Shown piece by piece: positions 9,401-18,260 of a stretch of 41,727 nt of DNA (position 1 is its first letter; the number at the start of each line of letters is the position of its first letter). The position numbers were made by a program, and so were the translations under genes. The stretch lies in the IMG/VR virus record IMGVR_UViG_3300045993_000138. One strand, 5' to 3'. The DNA comes from a virus. Taxonomy: Duplodnaviria > Heunggongvirae > Uroviricota > Caudoviricetes. The notes beneath the pieces are model-generated. The model did no database searches and was not told the DNA's origin. It was given only the letters and a program-made list of their open reading frames with translations.

Positions 9401-12400
9401 TACAGCAGCGAACAGTGTATCGGTATCTTCGAATGGTGGATCTACTCTCAATAACCAATCACTAAATTTCGTTAACACTGCTACAGTATCAGTTGTCGTA
9501 AGTTCTGGTGTTTCTGGAAATGCAAATATTGCGTTCAGTGTCATTGGATCTGCACAAGGTACAACAGGTTCGCAGGGAATGCAAGGTGTTCAGGGTGTCA
9601 AGGGTAATGATGGAACATCTATCAACATTAAGGGTTCTGTTCCAACTGCCAATGCTTCGAACTTCGCAGCAGCCGATCCTTCTCCAACTCTTGGTGATGG
9701 ATATATTGCAACAGACACAGGACATTTGTGGACATATACTGGAAGTGGTCCTGTTGGTGGATTCACAGACGCAGGAAACGTAACCGGACCTCAAGGTACG
9801 ACTGGAACAAATGGATCTCAAGGAACACAGGGTGGGGTTGGCACACAAGGTTCGCAAGGTGTTCAAGGTGAAAAAGGAACTCAGGGTACCCAAGGTACAA
9901 TTGGAACTAATGGTTCTCAGGGCACTCAAGGAACAATTGGATCACAAGGTCTAACTGGAACACAAGGCACTCAAGGTTCTGTTGGTTCACAGGGATCACA
10001 AGGTGTACAGGGGACAATTGGAACTCAAGGTGTACAGGGAACACTAGGAGCAACTGGTTCACAAGGCACTCAAGGAACACTTGGCGCTACAGGATCTCAA
10101 GGTTCACAAGGAACTCTAGGTGCAACTGGATCGCAAGGAACACAGGGATTACAAGGAACTCTAGGTTCACAAGGAACACAGGGCACACTTGGAGCAACAG
10201 GTTCTCAGGGTTTGCAAGGTGCAAGTGGATCTCAAGGTTTAACAGGATCTCAAGGTTCACAAGGTACTCAAGGATCAACTGGTTCACAAGGTTTACAAGG
10301 AACAATTGGATCTCAAGGTCTAACTGGAACACAGGGATTACAAGGATCGCAGGGAGTTCAAGGAACTCTAGGAACCACTGGATCACAGGGAACTCAGGGC
10401 ACAATCGGTGCGACTGGAACACAAGGCACTCAAGGCACACTTGGTTCGCAAGGTCTAACTGGAACACAAGGATCACAAGGAATTGTTGGCTCACAAGGAA
10501 CACTAGGATCACAAGGAATTGTAGGATCACAGGGTCTACAAGGAACACTTGGAACTCAAGGTATTCTAGGATCACAGGGAACTCAAGGTACATTCGGAAC
10601 TCAAGGTACTGTAGGATTACAGGGTACACAAGGAACACTTGGAACTCAAGGATTACAAGGAACTCTTGGTGTACAAGGTCTAACTGGAATACAGGGTGTC
10701 CAAGGTACACTCGGAGTAACTGGTTCTCAAGGATCTCAGGGGACTGTTGGTTCTCAGGGTACGCAAGGAACATTAGGTGCCACGGGGTCACAAGGCACAC
10801 AAGGAACTATTGGATCACAGGGAACTACTGGTACTCAGGGATTACAAGGAACTGTAGGTTCGCAAGGAACGATAGGTTCACAAGGATCTCAAGGTGTTCA
10901 AGGTTCATTAGGATCAACTGGAACTCAAGGTTCTCAGGGTACATTTGGTACTCAAGGTTCTCAGGGTGTTCAAGGTGAAAAGGGTACTCAAGGATCGCAA
11001 GGAACACTTGGTGCAACTGGTTCTCAGGGCACTCAAGGAACTATTGGATCACAGGGATTACAAGGAACACTAGGTTCTCAAGGAACCACTGGATCACAGG
11101 GAACACAAGGTGTACAAGGAACTCTAGGTGCTACAGGATCTCAGGGAACACAAGGAACACAAGGAACCATTGGATCACAAGGAACCACTGGTACTCAAGG
11201 TTCGCAAGGTGTTCAAGGTGAAAAAGGAACTCAGGGAACACAAGGCACATCTATTCAAGGTACACAAGGTACTCTTGGTGTACAAGGTATGCAGGGTGTC
11301 CAAGGTGTTAAAGGTAATGATGGAACATCTATTAATATTAAAGGTTCCGTTCCAACTGCTAATGCTCCTAACTTCGCTGCTGCCGATCCTTCTCCAGTTT
11401 TAGGTGATGGATTCATTGCAACAGATACTGGTCACTTGTGGACATATACGGGAACTGGACCTGTTGGTGGATTTGCAGATGCTGGTAACGTCACTGGTCC
11501 TCAAGGTACAACCGGAGCAACTGGATCACAAGGTACGCAAGGAACTGTTGGTACTCAAGGTTCGCAAGGTGTTCAAGGTGAAAAAGGAACTCAGGGCACT
11601 CAAGGAACAATTGGTGTAACAGGTTCACAAGGAACACAAGGTACTCTAGGATCACAAGGTTCTGTTGGAACACAGGGATCACAAGGTGTCCAAGGTGAAA
11701 AGGGAACTCAGGGATCTCAAGGTACACTTGGAGCAACTGGAAGTCAAGGTACCCAAGGAACTTTGGGAACTACAGGATCACAAGGTACACAAGGAACAAT
11801 TGGAGTCACTGGATCACAGGGTACACAAGGTACTCTAGGAGCTACTGGTTCTCAAGGATCACAAGGTGTTCAGGGAACTCTTGGTGCCACAGGATCACAA
11901 GGTACACAAGGCGTCCAAGGTGAAAAAGGGACTCAAGGTTCACAAGGAACTCTTGGTACAACTGGTTCTCAGGGTACACAAGGAACACTTGGAACAACTG
12001 GATCTCAGGGTACACAAGGTGTACAAGGTGAAAAAGGAACTCAAGGTTCACAAGGAACTCTTGGTACACAAGGTACCGTAGGAACTCAAGGATCACAGGG
12101 AACTTTTGGTTTACAAGGTACACAAGGTCTTGTCGGTCCTGTTGGTGGCGCAAATACTCAGATCATATTCAACAATCAAGGTTCACCTGCCGGTTCTATA
12201 AATTTAACATTTAATGTTGCAACAAATACATTTGCAACTTATAATTCTAACACTTATGGCATACATGTCGTTGGAAGTATTATTCCAGATGTATCGTATG
12301 CCACTTCATTTACAACTAACCCAGGTACAATATATTATAGTGATTCTCAGACTAGTGTATGGAATACAGCATTCAAGTATTGGGCTAGTGGAAATAATTT

Positions 12401-15400
12401 CTTTGGAAGTGTGTATTCTGAATCTGGAGTTACCCAAGATTTCTTGTCCGTATTAACTGATCCGAATGGATCTCTTAATGGCATCTGGATTGGACATTCT
12501 TCTGGTCCAAATATTCAGTTACGAGGCAACGTACAGTTTTTCAAATCATTAACCGTTGGACCATTTGGTTCGCAGTGGGATCTTGTAGACCAAGCAAACA
12601 ATGCAGCAAATACTGTTGCTGTTTATGCCAGTGGAAATTTAATACTTGCGAATGCCAACCTCAACTTTAACAATACCTCTACAATAAACGTTTCGGCTAC
12701 TGCAAATGGAACTCGTCAAACAAATGTTTCATTCAGTGTCAATACTTCTGCTATCATAGGAACACAGGGAACAACTGGTTTACAGGGTACACAAGGAACT
12801 ATTGGTATTCAAGGAATGCAAGGTACACTTGGAACCACCGGATCACAAGGATCACAGGGTGTTCAAGGTGAAAAGGGAACACAGGGTACACAAGGAACTC
12901 TAGGTGCTACAGGATCTCAAGGCACACAGGGCACATTAGGAACAACTGGTTCACAGGGTGTTCAAGGTACACTTGGATCAACTGGTTCTCAAGGAACTCA
13001 AGGAATTCAAGGTGCTGTCGGCACACAAGGATCTCAAGGTGTTCAGGGTGAAAAGGGAACACAAGGATCTCAAGGAACTATTGGAACTCAGGGTGCTGTT
13101 GGTACACAAGGCACTCAGGGTACTCTTGGTTCTCAAGGTATTCAAGGAACTCTTGGAAGTCAAGGTCTGGTTGGTACGCAAGGTTCACAAGGAACTCTAG
13201 GTGTACAGGGGCTACAAGGAACATTTGGTACACAAGGCACCGTTGGATCACAAGGCACTCAGGGTGCAGTTGGATCACAAGGTCTACAAGGAACACTTGG
13301 AACTCAAGGTGCTGTTGGAACACAGGGTCTAACTGGTTCTCAAGGAACACAGGGTGCATTAGGCGTTCAAGGAACACTAGGAACTCAGGGTACACAGGGA
13401 ACTACTGGTTCACAAGGTACATTAGGCGTACAGGGTCTAACTGGAACTCAAGGTTCTCAGGGTGTTCAAGGTGAAAAGGGAACTCAGGGTCTACAGGGCA
13501 CACTAGGAACTCAAGGTTCTGTTGGTTCTCAAGGATCTCAGGGAACTGTTGGTTCTCAGGGCACTCAAGGAACACTTGGATCAACAGGTTCTCAGGGAAC
13601 TCAAGGAACTGTTGGATCACAGGGCATAACTGGTTCTCAGGGCACACAAGGTACAATTGGAACACAGGGTCTACAGGGCACACTAGGAACTCAAGGTTTT
13701 GTTGGTTCTCAAGGATCTCAGGGTACTCTTGGTTCTCAAGGTATTCAAGGAACTCTTGGAACTCAAGGTACAGTTGGATCACAGGGTTCACAAGGAACAT
13801 TGGGTATTCAGGGTACTCAAGGAACATTCGGTACACAAGGATTCGTAGGATCACAAGGTGTTCAAGGAACTCTTGGAGTTCAAGGTATTCAAGGTGTTCA
13901 GGGTGAAAAGGGAACTCAAGGTCTACAAGGAACACTTGGAACTCAAGGTGCTGTTGGAACACAGGGTCTAACTGGTTCTCAAGGAACACAGGGTGCATTA
14001 GGCGTTCAAGGTGCTGTGGGAACTCAAGGATCACAAGGAACACTAGGAACTCAAGGTGCTGTTGGTTTACAGGGAACTCAAGGCACATTAGGTGCTACAG
14101 GATCACAGGGAACTCAAGGTACTCTAGGAGTTCAAGGTACTGTAGGTTCACAGGGAACTCAGGGAACTTTAGGTGTACAAGGTCTACAAGGAACTCTTGG
14201 TGCTGGATACTTTGGTCTAACATCAACAACATCTGATACAATAGCACTTGGAGCATCCACTCTTACAGTTTCTCAAGCGGCTGGAACAAATGCATTTCAG
14301 GTTGGAGAACGCATTCGTGTTTACAACACTGCAACTCCAACAAACTTTATGGAAGGTTTGATTACTAGTTATGCCACAACAACATTAGGTTGGACTACGG
14401 ATTATATTGGTGGATCTGGTACGTTTACTGCGTGGACAATTGTACCAACAGGAAATGTTGGTTCACAAGGAACACAAGGAACTCTTGGTGCTACAGGATT
14501 ACAAGGTGTTCAGGGTACACTTGGAGCAACAGGATCACAAGGTGTTCAAGGTTCTATTGGAACTCAGGGATCACAAGGAACATTCGGAACTCAGGGTACT
14601 GTTGGATCACAAGGTGTTCAGGGTACACTTGGAGCAACTGGAAGTCAAGGAACACAAGGAACTCTAGGAGCTACAGGAAGTCAAGGAACACAAGGAACAC
14701 TTGGTGCGACTGGTTCACAAGGTACACAGGGTGTCCAAGGTGAAAAGGGAACACAGGGTACTCAAGGAACTGTTGGAACTCAAGGCGCAACAGGATTACA
14801 AGGTACTCAAGGTGCTGTTGGAACACAGGGCACACAAGGAACATTCGGTGCAACTGGTTCTCAGGGAACACAAGGAACAATCGGGACACAAGGTTTAACA
14901 GGAACACAGGGATCACAAGGAACTCTTGGAGCAACAGGTAGCCAAGGTTCACAAGGTGTTCAGGGAACTCTAGGTACACAAGGAACACAAGGTGTTCAAG
15001 GTGAAAAGGGAACTCAAGGATCACAAGGTGTTCAGGGTACATTGGGAGCAACTGGATCACAAGGAACTCAAGGAACACTTGGTGCTACAGGATCACAAGG
15101 CACTCAAGGAACTCTTGGTGCCACAGGATCACAAGGTGTTCAAGGAACATTAGGTGCGACTGGTTCTCAAGGCACCCAAGGTGTTCAAGGTGAAAAGGGA
15201 ACTCAGGGTGCTGTTGGAACACAAGGAGTACAGGGAACTCTAGGAACTCAAGGTGCTGTCGGCACTCAAGGATCACAAGGTGTTCAAGGTGAAAAGGGAA
15301 CTCAAGGTGCTGTCGGCACTCAGGGTACAACTGGATCACAAGGTACACAGGGTACGACTGGTTCTCAGGGATCACAAGGCGCATCTGGAGATAAAGGTGG

Positions 15401-17069
15401 TCTAAGATATTTCTATGATGCATCTTCAACTGCGGCAGGAACAACAAGTGCTGGTGGTGTAAGATTCAATCAGGTTATGGGAAGTATTGCGAGCGCAACA
15501 CACATCTACGTAACTAATACAGACGTTTTCAGCACTGACTGGTCTGCGTGGTTAGCTGCACTAGACGACAGTACAAATCCAACTAACAGGGGTATCATTA
15601 CTTTCGAAAGTAATATTCCTTCTGATGGATCTGCACTCAAATTCTTTGTAAGTATTGCTACATTGGCAGCAGGATATTACGATCTAACCGTTACCTTTAT
15701 TTCTGGAACAACATTTACTGCCAGTGAAGCACTGGTTGTGTTCTTTGCTCGCGCAGGAGATTTAGGGTCACAAGGTGTTCAGGGAACAATTGGAACTACC
15801 GGAACTCAAGGTACACAGGGTGTTCAAGGTGAAAAGGGAACTCAGGGCGCAGTTGGATCACAAGGAACCCAAGGAACTCTAGGTGCTACAGGATCTCAAG
15901 GCACACAGGGCACATTAGGAACAACTGGTTCACAGGGTGTACAAGGAACTCTAGGTGCCACTGGATCACAAGGCACTCAAGGAACTCTAGGTGCCACTGG
16001 ATCTCAAGGAACACAGGGTGTTCAGGGTGAAAAGGGAACTCAGGGTACACTTGGTTCTCAAGGTGTACAAGGAACTCTAGGTGCCACTGGATCACAAGGC
16101 ACTCAAGGAACTCTAGGTGCCACTGGATCTCAAGGAACACAGGGTGTACAAGGTGAAAAGGGAACTCAAGGAACTCAAGGAACTCTAGGTGCCACTGGAT
16201 CACAAGGCACTCAAGGAACACTCGGAGCAACTGGATCACAAGGAACCCAAGGAACTCTAGGTGCCACTGGATCACAAGGCACTCAAGGAACACTCGGAGC
16301 AACTGGATCACAAGGAACCCAAGGAACTCTAGGTGCCACTGGATCTCAAGGTTCTCAAGGTGTACAAGGTGAAAAGGGAACTCAAGGATCGCAAGGAACA
16401 CTTGGAACCACTGGATCTCAAGGTGTACAAGGAACTCTAGGTGCAACTGGATCACAAGGAACTCAGGGTCTAACTGGTGCAGGAACACAAGGAACTCAAG
16501 GTTCATCTGGAACTAATGGTACTCAAGGTCTAACTGGAACAGGAACACAAGGTACTCAAGGAACACTCGGAGCAACTGGCACAGGAACTCAGGGAACTGC
16601 TGGAACAGGAACTCAGGGTACACAAGGTACTGTAGGAAACACTGGTACAGGAACTCAGGGTACACAGGGTGCAACTGGTGCTGGTACACAAGGTACACAA
16701 GGAAATCTTGGTCCACAGGGTCCAACGAACCTAACTCAAAATATTCAGAATGCAAACTATGACTTTAAACTTCCAGATGCTGCAAACGTTGTATATCACA
16801 CCAGTGCTACAGCACACAACTATAGAGTTAATACTAATGCCAACACCGCATTTACAATTGGAACCATTCTTACCATTGTAAATGGAAGTGGTGCTGGAAA
16901 CTTGCAAATAAATACAGCATTCTCTGCAACAACCATAAGATTCTTTGGAACTTCGTTGTCAGTAACTAACGCAGCATCACCAACTAGAAACTTGGCTGCG
17001 AATAGCATTGCGACAATCATGAAAGTTGCGGCAGACGAGTGGTATATTAGCGGTATAGGTATTTCATAA
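6489..17069 (+). CDS. Giant collagen-like fibre protein, 3526 aa
   Basis: Uninterrupted 10.6-kb ORF with six long Gly-X-Y tracts separated by globular modules. C-terminal domain ends ...SIATIMKVAADEWYISGIGIS, typical of phage fibre ends. Confidence 0.88.
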   Translation: MTFPIEQVLASQLPPGAQGVQGVQGIGATGAQGIAGSGIVIKGSVPTFTSLPGYPSSYVGSAGDSYIAIDNGHLWVWSGSLWVDGGNISGPQGAQGSIGLTGSQGVQGAIGIQGFTGTQGAFGTQGAVGAQGTQGTVGSQGSQGTFGVQGSVGTQGSVGLQGTQGTTGSQGLTGTQGSFGTQGTQGTQGATGSQGSQGTTGTQGSFGTQGTQGATGSQGTQGTTGSQGSQGVQGSLGVTGSQGTQGTVGSQGTIGTQGTQGVQGEKGTQGTVGSQGTFGTQGSQGVQGEKGTQGTQGTLGATGSQGIQGTLGTTGSQGSQGTQGAVGSQGTTGSQGSQGVQGEKGTQGLQGTLGTQGIVGSQGLQGTLGTQGLTGSGTQGTQGTIGSQGLQGTFGTQGLTGTGAQGVQGTLGVQGIQGTQGVGTPGTQGIQGTQGAGTAGTQGTQGATGAGSQGTQGTLGSTGSQGTQGLTGSGTQGTQGTSGVNGSQGSQGLTGTGTQGTQGLTGTGTQGTQGTLGVQGLTGTGVQGTQGAGSVGTQGSQGTFGIQGTQGAGTAGTQGVQGTLGLQGTQGAGSAGTQGTQGTLGATGSQGTQGVQGEKGTQGSQGVQGTLGATGSQGVQGTLGATGSQGVQGIQGEKGTQGTSGSQGTQGLIGPTGGANTQILFNNNGIANGSPYLTYNIASNTMTFGDKAFFQSSGATDYSLGIYGALKVGLTIPPNDAPTNVNDIEISYDYIASTTDTGIANFNLRGPGGIGNATGQSYMNFSVNSTVGMSLFGGAVIFPGSFSAATGSFTVEPSVTGPALTLYETNYAGPPNNLNTTYPWMINKYEMITVQNGSATFYFDGSAANTAPVNIWNDTLGTGISRFLNFYVAAQGAQAGWNIAAGYIGANSRNFTQLQVSGNSGVALMANGNYVLNVSATGVTIKTVSGTGTALTVTGNTSTGNLLATTGVVNAKTFVTVSGMDLANSINTAANSVSVSSNGGSTLNNQSLNFVNTATVSVVVSSGVSGNANIAFSVIGSAQGTTGSQGMQGVQGVKGNDGTSINIKGSVPTANASNFAAADPSPTLGDGYIATDTGHLWTYTGSGPVGGFTDAGNVTGPQGTTGTNGSQGTQGGVGTQGSQGVQGEKGTQGTQGTIGTNGSQGTQGTIGSQGLTGTQGTQGSVGSQGSQGVQGTIGTQGVQGTLGATGSQGTQGTLGATGSQGSQGTLGATGSQGTQGLQGTLGSQGTQGTLGATGSQGLQGASGSQGLTGSQGSQGTQGSTGSQGLQGTIGSQGLTGTQGLQGSQGVQGTLGTTGSQGTQGTIGATGTQGTQGTLGSQGLTGTQGSQGIVGSQGTLGSQGIVGSQGLQGTLGTQGILGSQGTQGTFGTQGTVGLQGTQGTLGTQGLQGTLGVQGLTGIQGVQGTLGVTGSQGSQGTVGSQGTQGTLGATGSQGTQGTIGSQGTTGTQGLQGTVGSQGTIGSQGSQGVQGSLGSTGTQGSQGTFGTQGSQGVQGEKGTQGSQGTLGATGSQGTQGTIGSQGLQGTLGSQGTTGSQGTQGVQGTLGATGSQGTQGTQGTIGSQGTTGTQGSQGVQGEKGTQGTQGTSIQGTQGTLGVQGMQGVQGVKGNDGTSINIKGSVPTANAPNFAAADPSPVLGDGFIATDTGHLWTYTGTGPVGGFADAGNVTGPQGTTGATGSQGTQGTVGTQGSQGVQGEKGTQGTQGTIGVTGSQGTQGTLGSQGSVGTQGSQGVQGEKGTQGSQGTLGATGSQGTQGTLGTTGSQGTQGTIGVTGSQGTQGTLGATGSQGSQGVQGTLGATGSQGTQGVQGEKGTQGSQGTLGTTGSQGTQGTLGTTGSQGTQGVQGEKGTQGSQGTLGTQGTVGTQGSQGTFGLQGTQGLVGPVGGANTQIIFNNQGSPAGSINLTFNVATNTFATYNSNTYGIHVVGSIIPDVSYATSFTTNPGTIYYSDSQTSVWNTAFKYWASGNNFFGSVYSESGVTQDFLSVLTDPNGSLNGIWIGHSSGPNIQLRGNVQFFKSLTVGPFGSQWDLVDQANNAANTVAVYASGNLILANANLNFNNTSTINVSATANGTRQTNVSFSVNTSAIIGTQGTTGLQGTQGTIGIQGMQGTLGTTGSQGSQGVQGEKGTQGTQGTLGATGSQGTQGTLGTTGSQGVQGTLGSTGSQGTQGIQGAVGTQGSQGVQGEKGTQGSQGTIGTQGAVGTQGTQGTLGSQGIQGTLGSQGLVGTQGSQGTLGVQGLQGTFGTQGTVGSQGTQGAVGSQGLQGTLGTQGAVGTQGLTGSQGTQGALGVQGTLGTQGTQGTTGSQGTLGVQGLTGTQGSQGVQGEKGTQGLQGTLGTQGSVGSQGSQGTVGSQGTQGTLGSTGSQGTQGTVGSQGITGSQGTQGTIGTQGLQGTLGTQGFVGSQGSQGTLGSQGIQGTLGTQGTVGSQGSQGTLGIQGTQGTFGTQGFVGSQGVQGTLGVQGIQGVQGEKGTQGLQGTLGTQGAVGTQGLTGSQGTQGALGVQGAVGTQGSQGTLGTQGAVGLQGTQGTLGATGSQGTQGTLGVQGTVGSQGTQGTLGVQGLQGTLGAGYFGLTSTTSDTIALGASTLTVSQAAGTNAFQVGERIRVYNTATPTNFMEGLITSYATTTLGWTTDYIGGSGTFTAWTIVPTGNVGSQGTQGTLGATGLQGVQGTLGATGSQGVQGSIGTQGSQGTFGTQGTVGSQGVQGTLGATGSQGTQGTLGATGSQGTQGTLGATGSQGTQGVQGEKGTQGTQGTVGTQGATGLQGTQGAVGTQGTQGTFGATGSQGTQGTIGTQGLTGTQGSQGTLGATGSQGSQGVQGTLGTQGTQGVQGEKGTQGSQGVQGTLGATGSQGTQGTLGATGSQGTQGTLGATGSQGVQGTLGATGSQGTQGVQGEKGTQGAVGTQGVQGTLGTQGAVGTQGSQGVQGEKGTQGAVGTQGTTGSQGTQGTTGSQGSQGASGDKGGLRYFYDASSTAAGTTSAGGVRFNQVMGSIASATHIYVTNTDVFSTDWSAWLAALDDSTNPTNRGIITFESNIPSDGSALKFFVSIATLAAGYYDLTVTFISGTTFTASEALVVFFARAGDLGSQGVQGTIGTTGTQGTQGVQGEKGTQGAVGSQGTQGTLGATGSQGTQGTLGTTGSQGVQGTLGATGSQGTQGTLGATGSQGTQGVQGEKGTQGTLGSQGVQGTLGATGSQGTQGTLGATGSQGTQGVQGEKGTQGTQGTLGATGSQGTQGTLGATGSQGTQGTLGATGSQGTQGTLGATGSQGTQGTLGATGSQGSQGVQGEKGTQGSQGTLGTTGSQGVQGTLGATGSQGTQGLTGAGTQGTQGSSGTNGTQGLTGTGTQGTQGTLGATGTGTQGTAGTGTQGTQGTVGNTGTGTQGTQGATGAGTQGTQGNLGPQGPTNLTQNIQNANYDFKLPDAANVVYHTSATAHNYRVNTNANTAFTIGTILTIVNGSGAGNLQINTAFSATTIRFFGTSLSVTNAASPTRNLAANSIATIMKVAADEWYISGIGIS
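16176..16345 (+). repeat. Exact 72-bp tandem repeat (about 2.4 copies) inside the collagen tract
   Basis: The unit caaggaactctaggtgccactggatc... starts at 16176, 16248 and 16320. Confidence 0.85.
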
Positions 17070-17614
17070 TGTATATTGTCAATTGTTTTCCACAATCCAC
17101 TATTTTATTCTATAAAGGAAATGTGACTTCCTCGGACACGCCAATAACAAAAACCAAAACGACGACAGAAACATATTTTAGAGCTAACACTACTATTGGA
17201 GTTGTTAGTGGTAATGTTCAGATAAGACCATCGAGTATGGCAGCAAATACTGTCAATGGTAATGTGGCTCTTTCTAGTGCCGATGCGATGGTGTATACTT
17301 ACATGGATGGTGGACCCGGAGGATTAACTACAAGAACTTATTTGACATTATTTCTATATAACGCTGCTGGTAGTACTTTAGCACCATCAAATGGAATGAT
17401 TCAAAGACTAATTACAATGGCAAATACTAATAGTAGTTCTATAGGTACATACATAGAATATGATACCGCAGACTGTAATAACATCATAATCTCTGGAACA
17501 ACTATAAGATATATGTGGAATATAGGAACAGCTACAGGTAGACCAGCACCGTGGTTTGTGGATAATCTTGGCGCTGCTACCACTCAAAATGTGACTGTTG
17601 GACTAGTTCTTTAG
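17069..17614 (+). CDS. Putative fibre-tip protein or adhesin
   Basis: TAATG coupling to the giant fibre. Thr/Asn/Gly-rich with few charged residues, like the other virion proteins. Confidence 0.55.
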   Translation: MYIVNCFPQSTILFYKGNVTSSDTPITKTKTTTETYFRANTTIGVVSGNVQIRPSSMAANTVNGNVALSSADAMVYTYMDGGPGGLTTRTYLTLFLYNAAGSTLAPSNGMIQRLITMANTNSSSIGTYIEYDTADCNNIIISGTTIRYMWNIGTATGRPAPWFVDNLGAATTQNVTVGLVL

Positions 17615-17623
17615 GGGAAAATA

Positions 17624-17761
17624 ATGAACATAGCATTAAGTACAGAAGCAACTCCACAACCAAATAATCTTCCAACATCAACACAAACTATCATAGAACA
17701 ATATGATGATCCGGTTGAAGGTATGATGTTTGTCACTGAAACAGCAGTGGTGGAGTTATAA
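17624..17761 (+). CDS. Small acidic hypothetical protein (45 aa), not in ORF track
   Basis: AGGGG RBS-like sequence upstream. MNIALSTEATPQPNNLPTSTQTIIEQYDDPVEGMMFVTETAVVEL exactly fills the gap between its neighbours. Confidence 0.55.
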   Translation: MNIALSTEATPQPNNLPTSTQTIIEQYDDPVEGMMFVTETAVVEL

Positions 17762-17762
17762 A

Positions 17763-18260
17763 ATGAAGACACTAATAAAATATGATTATAGTCCGGGTTT
17801 CTATATCTACAGAGTGTGGGTAGATAATGTTCCAGTTTGGAAATTTGGTCAAAATGGAGAGATTCATACATCAGTGAAAGCCACCTTCTATAAAGGGACT
17901 TTAACTGTGACTGATGCTTTTGACACATCTTTGATAGGGACACGATATAATGGGTTCTTCGATTTTGTGAAAGATACTCACTATAACGTCTTGAATGAAT
18001 ACCAAATATGTTCTTTAAGTGGAGCGTGTGAATGGTGGTGTCTACATAATGATAATGGAGATCTTTCAACACAGTATCTTGCACTTACTACACAAACTAC
18101 TGTTCCAGTAAATACACATGTTGTGGTTCTAGAAGGTAACGTAACAGCAAATGACAATGGAACTATTCTGAATGCGACTGATATGAATCTAATCAAAGCA
18201 AGAGATTATACTTACACTATCGATGGTGACGCAAAATTATTTCTAATTAATGTTCTATGA
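17763..18260 (+). CDS. Hypothetical beta-rich protein, possibly cupin-like
   Basis: Start moved from TTG 17730 to ATG 17763, which has GGAG upstream and follows the stop at 17761. The fold is a guess from the beta-strand pattern (HVVVLEGNVTAN...IDGDAKLFLI). Confidence 0.55.
   Translation: MKTLIKYDYSPGFYIYRVWVDNVPVWKFGQNGEIHTSVKATFYKGTLTVTDAFDTSLIGTRYNGFFDFVKDTHYNVLNEYQICSLSGACEWWCLHNDNGDLSTQYLALTTQTTVPVNTHVVVLEGNVTANDNGTILNATDMNLIKARDYTYTIDGDAKLFLINVL

Noticed and set aside
2560-16730. Repeat arrays as a possible CRISPR array or non-coding satellite
   Set aside because: There is no constant repeat with unique spacers. Variation falls at third codon positions of a continuous ORF.
2536-16755. 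Many alternative-frame and minus-strand ORFs (HKEHKV..., LEFLVFL... types) over the collagen tracts, also at 21623-22922
   Set aside because: These are shadows of the 9-nt-periodic Gly-X-Gln codons, which lack stops in other frames. They have no RBS and no independent coding signal.
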